Shown piece after piece: positions 40,601 through 47,642 of a stretch of DNA of 64,000 nucleotides (within the stretch, counting starts at the first letter, position 1; every line of letters begins with the position of its first letter). The notes beneath the pieces are model-generated. The model was not told the DNA's origin. It worked only from the letters and a program-made list of their open reading frames with translations, and did not search any database. The stretch is from a virus: positions 1 through 64,000 of IMG/VR virus record IMGVR_UViG_3300035157_000753; one strand, 5' to 3'. A program made the position numbers and the translations under genes.

Positions 40601-43064
40601 CAACAGCAGTTGCAGTTGCTCCTGCACCGTTACCACCAGTAATTGTAATAGTTGGTAATCCAGCAGCCTGTGTATATCCACTTCCAGATCCAGTAACTGT
40701 GATTCCAGTAACCTTACCATCAGTTATCTGTGCAACAGCAGTTGCCTGTGTATTATTAGATGCACCACCTCCACTAATAGAGACACTTGGTTCACTTGTA
40801 TATCCACCACCTCCATTCGTAACGTTAATAGCAATAACTCTACCATCTACCTCTGAAGTTGCAGCTGCAGCAAGACCTAAGTAGGTCCATTCAACAGTTC
40901 CTAGAGTTACATCACCAGATGTATGTGTAGGGTACAATGTATTACTACTTTGACCTACATTCTTAGATTGATATCTTTTTCCATTCCATTTAACAATTAT
41001 TCCACTAGCATAGGTAGTTGCAAGCTTATAATCTGGTTCAAACTCAACTGTAGGTGGGTTTTGAATATCATATCCATCTCCACCTGAATTTTTAATAACT
41101 GACTTCAATCCACCATATTTTTTAGTAGCACTTCCCTTATATGAGAACAAAGGAACACCATTAGTACCAATTCCAACCTGACCTATAGGAGTTGGAGTTT
41201 TTGTACTCTTAGTAGATGTTGTTAGTGGTATTCTTTTAAGATATCTCTGGTTTCCTGGATCTACATCACCTGCTGCAAAAGGTCCAATCTTATGTGATGG
41301 TATACCTGTACTAGCTATAATACAATCTGTTGATGACTTGTAGGTATTACTGGTATCTGCAATAAACTTAGAAATTGTAGCATTGTAAGAGTAGTCAGAT
41401 GATCCATATGCAAATTCTCTAGCAATAAAGAATTCCTTACCTGCTAATATCGGAGCAGCAGGAGTTGATGAAAGAATAAACTCAAAAACAAAATCATCAA
41501 CAATACCAATTACATCATGTTGGTTATTGTAGATATCTTCCTCAGCATTAAGGATTCTAACCTTATCATCTCTTCTTAATTGATGCTTCTCTTTTGTTGT
41601 AACAGTTACTCTAACAGAACCATTAGGATTGGGTGTTCCTAGGGTTGCTGTAACCCCTCTAAGTGCCCTTCTGACGTTATATAAGAAAGAACTCCATATT
41701 GGGTCAAGACTATCGAAACCAGGTGCTAGAGGGGTCGTAACCTTACTCTGTGGAAGGTAATACTTACCACCCTTTGCTATATTAACACCTCTGGTTCCAC
41801 CATAGACCTTTAATTGAATTTCAGACCCATCTACGTTGCTTTTACCGTAAATCTTGTATGCAGCAAAAACTTCTTGCCCTGCATCGTGTGCTACATTGAG
41901 TGTATTCTCTCTAGCACGATTACAACCTAAAAATTGGTTAACTGTCTTATCTTGATATGTAATAATTTCATCTTCAATCCTAAATCGACCATTTTTCTCT
42001 GGCCAACCTAATGTAGAATCAACAGTAATGATATTATCACTTAAATCACCAGTTAAGTCCGCAGCAAGAATTGATTTGTAAGGAGTTACAAAAGTTCCAA
42101 GTGAATTATTGGTATCTACATCAATTTCAAAGATTGAACCAGTTTGAGTGAATACTTCAACAACACCTTTAACGTATATACGTGCTGTATCAACATTTGG
42201 ATCAGTTGTATCTGCTTCTTGATATAAAACTTCCCCAACAAGCTCAGTTGGGTCTCCTGTTATAGCAACACAACGAATTACTTCCCTAGAAGTGTAATAT
42301 GCGTCAGATGGTTTGAAAATTCTATCTCTTGGATAGGAAACTTCCGATTCTACACCAAAAATTGTTCTTAAAACGAATTGGAACGATCTTGTAGACCCTT
42401 TAGAAGCATAAAAGTCCTTAATTCGCTTAATTACGGTACTTTCAGTGATTCCAGTGTAAAAATTCTTCGGATAAGTGGATAAAAGCAGTTCTTTGAACTG
42501 TCCCAACATGAAAAGTGGGAAAAGGTTGTTCAAATTAACAACTTTTGACCCAATAACGTGTTCTGCAGCAATTGTTGATGAAAAAACGAATTCTCCTGCA
42601 TCTCCAAGTGCTTTTACAGCATCAAAACCTCTTTCACAACTGTTAAAGAGGGTTGCACCCTTACTTTGGTAGTAAATTATCTCATCATCTATTAAAAGTA
42701 GTCCTTCATCGGGAAAATCACGAGTTGAAGTAACGTCAATAGTAGAAGAAGAGGTAGTTACCGTTGAAATTGTCGTTGTTTCAGTAACTAAGTTCCCATA
42801 ATTGTCAAGATTGTAATAATCAGCCCAATTATTGATTATATCTAAGCAATATCCCTTTAATTCTTGTGATTTATAGTATGCTCTAACGAATTCTATGAAT
42901 GTAGGAAAGCTCTGCTGTACAAAACTGGCAAATTGACCAGTAATGCTGTCAGATAACTGCGATCTAGATTCAGGACTTACTTCCGATGGAACTGGTGGTG
43001 CCGATACCGTTGTGGTCGGAGTGGTCCACGACCCTACTTTCCAGGATGAATTCGATTGAGCCAT
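28674..43064 (-). CDS. gp7: Baseplate wedge initiator gp7, 4796 aa, with large repeat insertions and a split YHYH-like domain
   Basis: IKRIKDFYASKGS..SFQFVLR; QEFSYEI.S....W...HPAG; HSPIIGWAYDGHPIYGPYGY..TPEFPDG.YAYF; lies between gp6 and gp8. Confidence 0.88.
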   Translation of the reverse strand: MAQSNSSWKVGSWTTPTTTVSAPPVPSEVSPESRSQLSDSITGQFASFVQQSFPTFIEFVRAYYKSQELKGYCLDIINNWADYYNLDNYGNLVTETTTISTVTTSSSTIDVTSTRDFPDEGLLLIDDEIIYYQSKGATLFNSCERGFDAVKALGDAGEFVFSSTIAAEHVIGSKVVNLNNLFPLFMLGQFKELLLSTYPKNFYTGITESTVIKRIKDFYASKGSTRSFQFVLRTIFGVESEVSYPRDRIFKPSDAYYTSREVIRCVAITGDPTELVGEVLYQEADTTDPNVDTARIYVKGVVEVFTQTGSIFEIDVDTNNSLGTFVTPYKSILAADLTGDLSDNIITVDSTLGWPEKNGRFRIEDEIITYQDKTVNQFLGCNRARENTLNVAHDAGQEVFAAYKIYGKSNVDGSEIQLKVYGGTRGVNIAKGGKYYLPQSKVTTPLAPGFDSLDPIWSSFLYNVRRALRGVTATLGTPNPNGSVRVTVTTKEKHQLRRDDKVRILNAEEDIYNNQHDVIGIVDDFVFEFILSSTPAAPILAGKEFFIAREFAYGSSDYSYNATISKFIADTSNTYKSSTDCIIASTGIPSHKIGPFAAGDVDPGNQRYLKRIPLTTSTKSTKTPTPIGQVGIGTNGVPLFSYKGSATKKYGGLKSVIKNSGGDGYDIQNPPTVEFEPDYKLATTYASGIIVKWNGKRYQSKNVGQSSNTLYPTHTSGDVTLGTVEWTYLGLAAAATSEVDGRVIAINVTNGGGGYTSEPSVSISGGGASNNTQATAVAQITDGKVTGITVTGSGSGYTQAAGLPTITITGGNGAGATATAVVRGPLKDITITNAGSQYTYEPIIKLISGSGAVAYPSILNGKIESAIVTFGGSGYFGAPDVVITGDGVGATAFAQVDLSQNIVTGIVVTNKGIGYTIGNTSISIVYPGTGASFTTKLTELTYNESATATEVGQVNFNARKVTDQASGAVMVGENIGIYGGEYGYLYNPKNLRYYLADNIEPDTDPNNPPWKELTPTKHSPIIGWAYDGHPIYGPYGYEDPENQNPYNSYKQPGTSYRLKTTRDALLSGLSDPMGTFIEDYEYVEGLGGLDQYNGRFCVTPEFPDGVYAYFCTIDGISGNPKFPYFVGPNFYSEADEVNWDGNGLQKNFTEDAIRYKAPYIGTDNITTKRKQLDNKVDFVLALEDTTTLITLETGEILQYVEDGIGYFSYYPVIRGGIAESLTVTSTNQYSSSNINEYLIEGGGTGYKVNDRLLFDNSTSGGEGVSASVSAVSGAVVSSLNYAVDDDDVVTATLTTSDKHYLVGDDQLTVSISDNSATRSLNTKIINNKYHFEYFDLVSMKLIGPWTNSTAYAKNDLVYVSNRVYKAAAAGTSDSGAGNAPTHLSGTASDGTLTWTYVRTRTDGNLVQGGWSGITGGSGYTNGTYNDVPLTTNNSGRNGKATIVVSGGAITTVTITDFGTAYNVGDTISASDQNLGNGGGSSFSITLTETLREAVCHTNLAHQVAIGDTVNISGVSPSAYDKTDYEVIRTETLRRFTVKRNHGSTAAATVTSADVYVQEPKLELIDGHSYTFDTSDASNVGKTLAFTLDPANTDIFTYKNISAETKNAQTGQQTSITILMTDLPGIFYYFDIQGTIAGSYLTVMNEPLSGTNIVKDVTDLNFTYICGKEPESGYTSGITYVTTSIYPTGGIGKISIGDSGRNYSSLPKLTGSTRSGSGATAVATISGSVSGVTIANMGSGYNPASAPVAYVTLPDFVDLTLTEVLGSGSFAKDEIVISEPVLGAQTARGKVISWDPTTSILRIQPLRNNLKDGAGNFSAATRGWIMYTPYTSNNARGKVYSSDAEGKVTTVGGIHANVQAIIPSSGPNVGKLESVNIIAAGSNYRAAPTIDLDDPTYGLVNTVAITTQSSTNYTTGSYTGVAQKSVAPTGGTGVEFTVVVNGAGTIESITVTDGGSTYALGDVITISGASMGGTDVTHDATVTVDKLTHLDPAITNCVLNASIDAITVTNTGSGYLSAPNVDVSGGSGINAKFNSSIVNEGVSAINIEDGGTLYQNAPVVNITQKTGKGASLLLKSSDLGKILKIGGDNITFNYSHDRTLKPELNTTYNLQLTRTQVIDYIDVTNGGSNFVSQPTIVLTGGSGSLYQLEAIVENEVIQSVEVRNGGRGFLSAPIVNARVTHNWVALMSNSTLNFPYNTKIPTGTAVTLNEVVGTFPAPLAINTTYYVVASNGSNGLADNQVRLATSEANALANSPTTITFTSAPVGDANGLTTFTLDTTDLGDTITAYMRPATFLVGERVYQGASTASYTAFGYVKNWDPAGRVVSVEISEGEFKVGQPIFGEESSSFGSIHAFDRADAVFEVSPISISSSKWERTTGFLDINEQRLYDSDRFQEFSYEISSPINIKDWKNPLKFAAHPAGLKVVGTQILSQASKKSYRGKPTLDLLTTSSTDWWVPGTNSLNSTFNGLTFVTPKPSAKNTGKLATINNFALGKPDYTAAVPTEVQVFGRQLLDIQKILTCVSYKVDDITTRDIVFDGASSSVVDLSNNRITLTNHGLIENQTVTFKGDIGGLTTGTVYYVDVIDANTISLKPSLGGSTVVLSSLSVGTHTFVSCKTDGIEANNGSSFNPTNVVYTPADGNLVIHSAGHGLTTANTITIADDALTLTCLMDNNATNHTYPRSTDPIGHGGKILNIIAETTDTFTVNVGSTAAINRFTVGIDGVNTQFSTRVDNTAVSTKINKTSVKSQFLVIIDGIVQNPNNYTFASDVITFSTAPQLGSSALVMYYDRASYTSSFQLDQIGDEIKTLDTGMSGSAAHTYVGGTVTNAVTVVSDSNTQKNVTDAAYTPATGLLELTIGSHSYTTSDTIQIADSSLKFTCAADNHASTHAYPRPSDEAFGATLAITAETATTITVQVNTNLSPVRDTPDGLTAGTGYADGTYTNIPLFNKIGTGVGATGDIVVVDGGVKNVVLNNPGNGYTENDILGISPIGKPLTNSYVPSAAAYTPSTGVLQLTVGEHTLTAPTTTTVTDADYNPTTGIMTVTVVAHGLKAGDQVKFADGSLKLSCAFGGASGAAAQKDYPRSTDYASDRWLEVSNITTNTFDVTVLDTIPSTNTDAHSFVSAVASGLSIATSTVKFSNNSLNFTCTHGGGVHSYPRSSDPISGKNVPVDAITSTTFTVNALNGTAATNTTTHTFDSLATYQYQPSYCDYDATTGIMEVWATAHGLSNGDFVQFATDGLTFKCSRDGYATNHTYPRSTDPAAGNWLNVFEVSTNNFKVNIGQAVEKAMTPTSATFNASTGALSMSVDNHGLTAATSHTATDAAFNTSTGIVTITVTGHGFEAGDKVKLKDGAITMSCTHGGGGQSAYPRSTDPISGKWITIRAVTTDTFDIQCLDDTPCTNTTTHAFVSGLADGILYATSFVSIDDDALTFTCSMDDDFSRHSYPAAGDRSSKAVLGVESVTSDTFTVDVGASPEVAFTPTAATYTATTGDLQLTIGSHSLEVGNSINIDVNSLMFRCHMENDGTLASGNLTSLGATLHNYPRVTDPAAKTNQYITATTGTTITVNVGPSPTVNYQPTGAALNLANGDLDLTVGGHKFRGYDTFTPTDIAYDPATGIATLTIKGHTINKGDFVQIAKESLTFTCTAGAGNHSYPRVTDPAYRSWLQVIDVTNDTILLNFYVATGATGQAHTFVSASDNCVQRKGDTIKLADGGIVMSCDNGGVSNQSYPRTDTISYTPTDADYDPATGIMTITHGGGAGAFVNGDQVKFDDSAIVFTCTQGGGTHAYPRATDPASGRWLTIWDADNTTFKVQVLDSIPSTNVTVHTFDSAVSNGMKKKKDWAYDRPIPIKSVGYTSHAVSNATYAPGTGVLTATVAGHGFSNGDYVKVNQGALKFTCNKDSNATVKSYPTLEDPNYDEWMLVSNVTTDTFDINVGVAGPNGQHAHTFVPEGKLTPTVAAYDPLTGVFTITINNHGFVAGDEIKIDDDTFKFTCNEDFHTSFHNYPRSTDPISGQWVKIYNVTTNTFDIQVLNSVPSTNTTAHTFISAVSNSITRSAVKKQTGVITINTNNRDSAITHQYAHSFVSAGATAVIAGGNYTHTFIQATANAIRSGGNHTHTFVNATPGSVKTGFAHQFVSANANSVTRSLVQSGGYEYDRLADAGRLIRENLDFIATTAYGRMMATNSTFVVPSFVKCIRDTKLIAQAIANNIEFGGNDSTYDAAKYYVGTVHLQGEEDQTVLVFNHARDICREVMRNISVTTNSYTEGAQYRDLTITNDSGNATYDTNDCTDVASAITTLTAIVTQAVGTTSGGAGNLTGITRTSSSNPEFQVEVGTVAFDGTDKIFSAKVAGSNYALPASDNFLIFLNSILQIKGSTEAYTYTGSTISFTEAPTSGMDFYGFYFGKLQLLDTIAPFFDNARQTFVMTLNSEPFSLQSDNTSVEPANNVMIFINGVFQEPGVAYQLNGSIIEFFEAPRAGSTCSLYIYVGSAEDIFISNTFNSLDANDRIMVKSEGEDRLLATVSSATSIDTYEYTGLRPTVANFECTINNGKVNTVSILDGGSNYEVPPILYFQGGSGTGASAETVIQSGSGRVTSVVNLNGGAGYLTPPTVFAVHPLHVERKSRQRLISNTLALANTYLSTAISAVDTTLTCKNIYFDVSQNIGFPDEGEVLIPYWDASKGSWTCERILYGSKNTTANTLTVATGGRGYGGTTASAISIQTGTYSSSGTVCTVTTSAAHNLITGMSIYLDHTSGDGFDGAYKVTVTAVDTFTVEYPFSRTASGNVSLLPEVRLRSL

Positions 43065-43072
43065 GCGTTTTA

Positions 43073-44956
43073 TTAATTATAGCTGGACTCTGGTACAACT
43101 CCCGTACCAGATAGGTTTGAACCGCTACTGATAGTGTCTTCTACAACACTAACTGTCGTATTATCTATACCTAATGTCAAATAGGTTTCACGCAAAGAAA
43201 CAAGGTCATTAGATTCTGGAACTGCTGAAAGTTGAAGAATATTACCTGATGTTATTGTATTTGAAATTATTATGTCATTAATGACAATTTCACCCATAGT
43301 GTAATCAACAGTACCTACGTCAGCAGTACTGTATTCAAATGCACCAGTATCTTTAATGTAATAAAGTCTCAATTTACCAGCTCCATCATCATTGATGAAG
43401 TAAGTATTAACATTATCACCCTGAATTCTAAATCCTGAAGAGGAAACCGTGGGTTCTGTCGAGGTTCCTTGGTTAATTCTGTTACCATAACAGATTTTAT
43501 AGTTCACACGAGCGTTTAAATCAACTGTTACGTTCTTTCTCATCTTGAGACGAGTGATATTCGATGTAACTGAGGTATCTGCACCGTCAATTATACTCTG
43601 AAGTTTAGAGTATTTGAACTTTCCACCAAATTTATTGAATTCAGACCCTGTGTTAAGCGCAGTTAATGTTGCAATAACTGCAGTTTTAACTTCTTCTTGG
43701 GATTTACGTGTAATATTAGGGTTAAAATACACAAAACTGTTCATATCGATGTATAAAATCGATGGATCAATGATAGAAGGCTGAATCGCAGCAACAGAAT
43801 ACTCTCTGAGCTTCTTCAAAACGACATTTTTCTCTGCAAGAGATAATTTATCCGCATTTTTTGGTTTAATTGCCAAAAATACCTTCCCATATTCAGGAGG
43901 ATCCGCTTCTTCACCACCATAACATGCAATTGAAGCGACATTTGGATAAATTTGAGGAACAATTGCCTCATAATCCTGCGTTGAGACTGCTCTACCGAAT
44001 GCAGAGTAGAATTTAGGCGCAGAAAACTTGATTCCTTCCTTAGTTTCCGCTGGAGCACCACCTTCAGGACGTTTATCCAACGTAATAGTGATTCCAGAGG
44101 TCAAAGAATTCGCTTCATCGTCTAAAAATGTTCCAATATTAGTGAAAGTGAGCAATCCATTAGCTCCAGTTCCACTAGAAGTGGTATAAGTGACGCTAAT
44201 TACATCACCATTGAGCAAATCTTTACCAATTGTACCATCACCAAACATAATTTCAGGTCTTCCATACTCAGATTCTTCTAAAAAGAAGACTTTTGATGAA
44301 GAATTAATCTTAGTGATGTCTGTTGCTTGCAAATAACGCTCTGTGACAGTACCAGAAGTGACCTGAACCTTCATTACAGAGGTGTCTGCATCAGTATTTG
44401 TAAGAATAAAGCGTTGTCTTTCGGAAGTATTACGTACAAATGTGTCTGTTAAGTAAACACCTTCATAAACTATGAGACCTGCAAAGGTTGCAATACCAGT
44501 TGTACTGTCTACAGATACCGTAACATCAGATGGAATAGAGAAAACAAAGTTATTATTGTCTAGTCCAGTGAAATTTAGTACCAATCCTTGTGAAATTGTA
44601 ACAGTTTTTGGATATCCTTTTGTAATTACACCCTGTGAATTGGTTGTAACATTAGTTTGAACCTGAATTGTAACAGTTGCTTGGGAAGAACGAGATGATT
44701 TTGGTGTATAACCAAGCATTCTTGCCAATTTTACGACATTTTCACGTAAAACTGCGGTCTCTAGGAACCCTTCATTAACTGCAAGGTTGGCATTTACACT
44801 AGTGTAATAGGTATTATATGCTAAAGTATCAATCAGTACAGTCAATGATGACCCTTCAAAGTCATAATCACTAAACTCTGATTGTGCTGTTAGATAATTT
44901 TTAATCTGTGCCTTGATTTCGTTGAACTCAAGTGCATTTACCTGCTTAAATGCCAT
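43073..44956 (-). CDS. gp6: Baseplate wedge subunit gp6
   Basis: F.DYDFEGS.L..LID.LAYNTYY, LARMLGY.PKS, RAVS.QDY, PPEYGKVF. Confidence 0.95.
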   Translation of the reverse strand: MAFKQVNALEFNEIKAQIKNYLTAQSEFSDYDFEGSSLTVLIDTLAYNTYYTSVNANLAVNEGFLETAVLRENVVKLARMLGYTPKSSRSSQATVTIQVQTNVTTNSQGVITKGYPKTVTISQGLVLNFTGLDNNNFVFSIPSDVTVSVDSTTGIATFAGLIVYEGVYLTDTFVRNTSERQRFILTNTDADTSVMKVQVTSGTVTERYLQATDITKINSSSKVFFLEESEYGRPEIMFGDGTIGKDLLNGDVISVTYTTSSGTGANGLLTFTNIGTFLDDEANSLTSGITITLDKRPEGGAPAETKEGIKFSAPKFYSAFGRAVSTQDYEAIVPQIYPNVASIACYGGEEADPPEYGKVFLAIKPKNADKLSLAEKNVVLKKLREYSVAAIQPSIIDPSILYIDMNSFVYFNPNITRKSQEEVKTAVIATLTALNTGSEFNKFGGKFKYSKLQSIIDGADTSVTSNITRLKMRKNVTVDLNARVNYKICYGNRINQGTSTEPTVSSSGFRIQGDNVNTYFINDDGAGKLRLYYIKDTGAFEYSTADVGTVDYTMGEIVINDIIISNTITSGNILQLSAVPESNDLVSLRETYLTLGIDNTTVSVVEDTISSGSNLSGTGVVPESSYN

Positions 44957-45345
44957 TATGGTTTCAATGCAACTTCTACTGAATCTTGTATAGGAGGAAT
45001 TCCAAGTATAATGTATTCAATTGAAACGTCTAATTGGTTACGATTCTCTTCCCACTTAGTGTAAACGTCAAGGACTGCTACCCTAGGTTCGTGAATATTG
45101 ATCGCATCTGATAGACGCTCCGTTATTTCATTCTCAAGATCAGGACTAGCATTCTCAAATAACAGCCCTATAATATTGCCACCAAAGAAAGGATCGAATG
45201 GTTTCTCATAAAAATTATATAATACTATATTTTTCACGCTAGCCTTGATGGCTGATTCATTAGTCAGTGCCAAAACATCGTTTGTCACTGCATTCTTTTC
45301 AAAAGTCAAGCTGAAGTCACGGAAAGACTTCGATGTAATTGCCAT
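44956..45345 (-). CDS. gp25: Baseplate wedge subunit gp25
   Basis: AIKASVKNIVL...EKPFDP.FG..I..LLFE...HEPRV; adjacent to gp6. Confidence 0.92.
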   Translation of the reverse strand: MAITSKSFRDFSLTFEKNAVTNDVLALTNESAIKASVKNIVLYNFYEKPFDPFFGGNIIGLLFENASPDLENEITERLSDAINIHEPRVAVLDVYTKWEENRNQLDVSIEYIILGIPPIQDSVEVALKP

Positions 45346-45369
45346 CCTTTACGGAATTAACCTTCTTTA

Positions 45370-45377
45370 TATTTATA
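45370..45377 (-). promoter_or_regulatory. Late promoter TATAAATA
   Basis: Exact match upstream of gp25. Confidence 0.8.
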
Positions 45378-45385
45378 CCTGTTAT

Positions 45386-45679
45386 TCAGACTTGATAGAA
45401 AGTGTACTTCAAGAAGAGCTCTTGACCCTTTTTAATTGGTTTAGTGGTCATCATATGATATATCTTACCCCATCCCTCATCTTTATATCCTTTAACGCAG
45501 TTGGGATCATTACTATGATTCACAAAACCACCTAAAGGAGTTCTCATAATCTCTTCATCCACCACAACATGTGATATACCAAGATAGATGTTGTCTGGTA
45601 TATCCTCTTTAGCAAAAATGCCCTGTCCTGCGACAGGGCTATCTTTGATGTGTAGGCACTTGGGTAATGCTTGATACAT
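45386..45679 (-). CDS. Minimal SET-domain protein-lysine methyltransferase, 97 aa
   Basis: All three SET signatures present: S.VAGQGIFA..DI, FVNHSNDPN, IKKGQELFLKY. Confidence 0.88.
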   Translation of the reverse strand: MYQALPKCLHIKDSPVAGQGIFAKEDIPDNIYLGISHVVVDEEIMRTPLGGFVNHSNDPNCVKGYKDEGWGKIYHMMTTKPIKKGQELFLKYTFYQV

Positions 45680-45828
45680 TATCTGCCCTGTCCCCTATAT
45701 CTCTTCTTTGCACTATTACGACTGGTAGCAGAGAACTTACTATGTTGACCTCTACCTTGTCTTGTTTTCTTGGGGATTGCTTCCATTTTTGAGGAAGTAC
45801 CAAATCCACCTGCCTTAGTCTTTGCCAT
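45679..45828 (-). CDS. Very basic 49-aa K/R/G-rich peptide (not in ORF track)
   Basis: MAKTKAGGFGTSSKMEAIPKKTRQGRGQHSKFSATSRNSAKKRYRGQGR; starts 2 nt after the PAAR stop, and its TAA overlaps the SET ATG. Confidence 0.8.
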   Translation of the reverse strand: MAKTKAGGFGTSSKMEAIPKKTRQGRGQHSKFSATSRNSAKKRYRGQGR

Positions 45829-45830
45829 AA

Positions 45831-46124
45831 TTAACCTGCGAATACGTTAGATGATCCTTCAGCGACTGATGTACAGCCACTTATTGCATCTCCTATTCTA
45901 CCACATCCTTTGCCATTTACAAATACGGTTGTACTTCCTGTAGCAATTGGTGCAGAATGAGATGGACAAGGAACACCTGGTTTAAGATGTCCAGTGTTCA
46001 CATCACCCTGACGAGAAATAGGAATACAATTAGCAAAGACATTACCAGACCCTTCTGCTCTGACCATACCAGAACAATGTGATACGTCTGCGTCTCCTAC
46101 TCTAGTTACGGCTGGCATTTTCAC
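45831..46124 (-). CDS. PAAR-repeat spike tip protein (gp5.4-like)
   Basis: PAVTRVGD..H..AEGS.NVF, H...C..H..PIATGS.TVFVNGK..GRIGD. Confidence 0.92.
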   Translation of the reverse strand: MKMPAVTRVGDADVSHCSGMVRAEGSGNVFANCIPISRQGDVNTGHLKPGVPCPSHSAPIATGSTTVFVNGKGCGRIGDAISGCTSVAEGSSNVFAG

Positions 46125-46368
46125 TACCTCCTATATTACAGTCTAGATCATTATGACAGTTCTCTGATCCACCAATAGCAAATGGATTATGATATGCTGT
46201 AGCAATCCTGTACATCTTCTCATGCATTGTTATCTCTTCTTCAGGGGGATCAGGTGGTTCATATTCACTAGGTGCAGTATCTTCCCAATCAAATGCTGCA
46301 GCTATCTCTTCTTCAGGTCTAGGTGGATCATCAAACCAGTCATCATGTACTATACGTGGATAAGTCAT
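46102..46368 (-). CDS. Acidic hypothetical protein, 88 aa
   Basis: Coupled ORF within the late operon. Confidence 0.65.
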   Translation of the reverse strand: MTYPRIVHDDWFDDPPRPEEEIAAAFDWEDTAPSEYEPPDPPEEEITMHEKMYRIATAYHNPFAIGGSENCHNDLDCNIGGSENASRN

Positions 46369-46865
46369 TAGTTGTAATAAGTGTCAATAAGGGATCGCAT
46401 ACCTTCCCATGAGTTATTTATTTTCATGGTAAGGGTAAAGGATTCAGGTGTCTGAGCCGCGTTATTCAATTCATAAGATACAACAATAGTAAACGTCTTA
46501 GTCGTATATGCAGTCATATCTTGGTTAATGGTATAAACAACCTTACCTGCAGGTAGGTTATCTGCACCTGTAACAGTAGTAGAGCTCATCGTATTTGTTG
46601 ATTCCCCTGAGCAGGGAGCTGTATCAAGATATGTGAATGTATCTGAAAAGGGGTCAGCAAAAGACCCTGTAATCGACACAGAGGTTGTACCTGGTGTGAT
46701 TACAAGGTTAGGTTCTGTTCCATCTACTGAAGCAGTTACATTCGTTATCGTCTCATTAACGGCATCATCTGTAGATGCTGTTACTGTCTGATTGATTGTA
46801 AACGTTGGTCTAGTCCTATCTGGTATAGACCATGGTTCAGCAAATGGTGAAACAGAGATTGTCAT
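46368..46865 (-). CDS. Thr-rich Ig-like hypothetical protein, 165 aa
   Basis: Beta-rich ORF upstream of PAAR. Confidence 0.7.
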   Translation of the reverse strand: MTISVSPFAEPWSIPDRTRPTFTINQTVTASTDDAVNETITNVTASVDGTEPNLVITPGTTSVSITGSFADPFSDTFTYLDTAPCSGESTNTMSSTTVTGADNLPAGKVVYTINQDMTAYTTKTFTIVVSYELNNAAQTPESFTLTMKINNSWEGMRSLIDTYYN

Positions 46866-47068
46866 TTCGTCTCTCTAGTCATCAATTCTTGTAAGTAGTC
46901 TGCATACTTGGACATAGCATTATGCTGTGCCTCAGTATGTGGAGGTTCTGGAGAACTAGGGGCAAACTTAATAAGATGATCAAACGAAGCAGGTAAATCC
47001 CTTGCTCTGTTATGCCTTATCGTTTCTCCATTAACCTTAATAATGAATTCTCCTTCCAATTCGTCCAT
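46862..47068 (-). CDS. Hypothetical protein, 68 aa
   Basis: FDHLIKF.P..P.PPHTE.QH motif; late promoter upstream. Confidence 0.75.
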   Translation of the reverse strand: MDELEGEFIIKVNGETIRHNRARDLPASFDHLIKFAPSSPEPPHTEAQHNAMSKYADYLQELMTRETK

Positions 47069-47081
47069 AGTTTTTTGATGC

Positions 47082-47088
47082 TATTTAG
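47082..47088 (-). promoter_or_regulatory. Late promoter CTAAATA
   Basis: 14 nt upstream of the ATG at 47068; first late promoter of the structural block. Confidence 0.6.
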
Positions 47089-47124
47089 AGATCCCTTCGC
47101 GATTTTGGACGCGAATTTTTGCGT

Positions 47125-47244
47125 TCAACTACGCGATTTTTTAACCTCTAAGGATTTTTCCCACTCTCTAATCATATACTCAAGTTCTTTAATTCTCCCC
47201 TGAGCAGTCTTAATCTTTTCCTCTAAGTAATTATTGGTTTGCAT
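47125..47244 (-). CDS. Small hypothetical protein, 39 aa
   Basis: MQTNNYLEEKIKTAQGRIKELEYMIREWEKSLEVKKSRS, read by hand. Confidence 0.6.
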   Translation of the reverse strand: MQTNNYLEEKIKTAQGRIKELEYMIREWEKSLEVKKSRS

Positions 47245-47491
47245 TTAAAGGTGGCTCAGGGGGTGGCATTGGTTCTTCAAAGTGTAATCCAGATTGTGTC
47301 CATGATTCAGACACTGGACCTTGCTCAATCTCTTGATTAATGTTTCTAATCTGCTTCTCATGATCGCACACAACATCGACGAGTTTCTCATATTCAGATG
47401 TAGGTGTTCTCTTCATCATTAGAAGACTATTCGAGACCTTATGTTCGAGTGCTGTGATTCTAGCGAGAAGTTCTTCGTTTGATAAACTCAT
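47231..47491 (-). CDS. Hypothetical protein, 86 aa
   Basis: ORF track; AGGA Shine-Dalgarno. Confidence 0.7.
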   Translation of the reverse strand: MSLSNEELLARITALEHKVSNSLLMMKRTPTSEYEKLVDVVCDHEKQIRNINQEIEQGPVSESWTQSGLHFEEPMPPPEPPLNANQ

Positions 47492-47642
47492 AATTCCTAA
47501 TCAATACGTTGTGGGTGTCAATGGTATTTACCAATGTTTCAATTTGTGCTTCGAGTTCGGTTACTCTTTCTTTGAGATCACTCACTTGTGAGTAACTTAT
47601 AGTCTGTTGATATCTCTCTGATGAAAAATAATCACCTGACAT
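47460..47642 (-). CDS. Coiled-coil hypothetical protein, 60 aa
   Basis: ORF track; AGGAGG upstream. Confidence 0.65.
   Translation of the reverse strand: MSGDYFSSERYQQTISYSQVSDLKERVTELEAQIETLVNTIDTHNVLIRNYEFIKRRTSR

Noticed and set aside
58-44660. Many short track ORFs on the plus strand or in alternate minus frames within the structural block
   Set aside because: They are shadows of the long minus-strand genes, produced by biased codon usage, and have no signals of their own.
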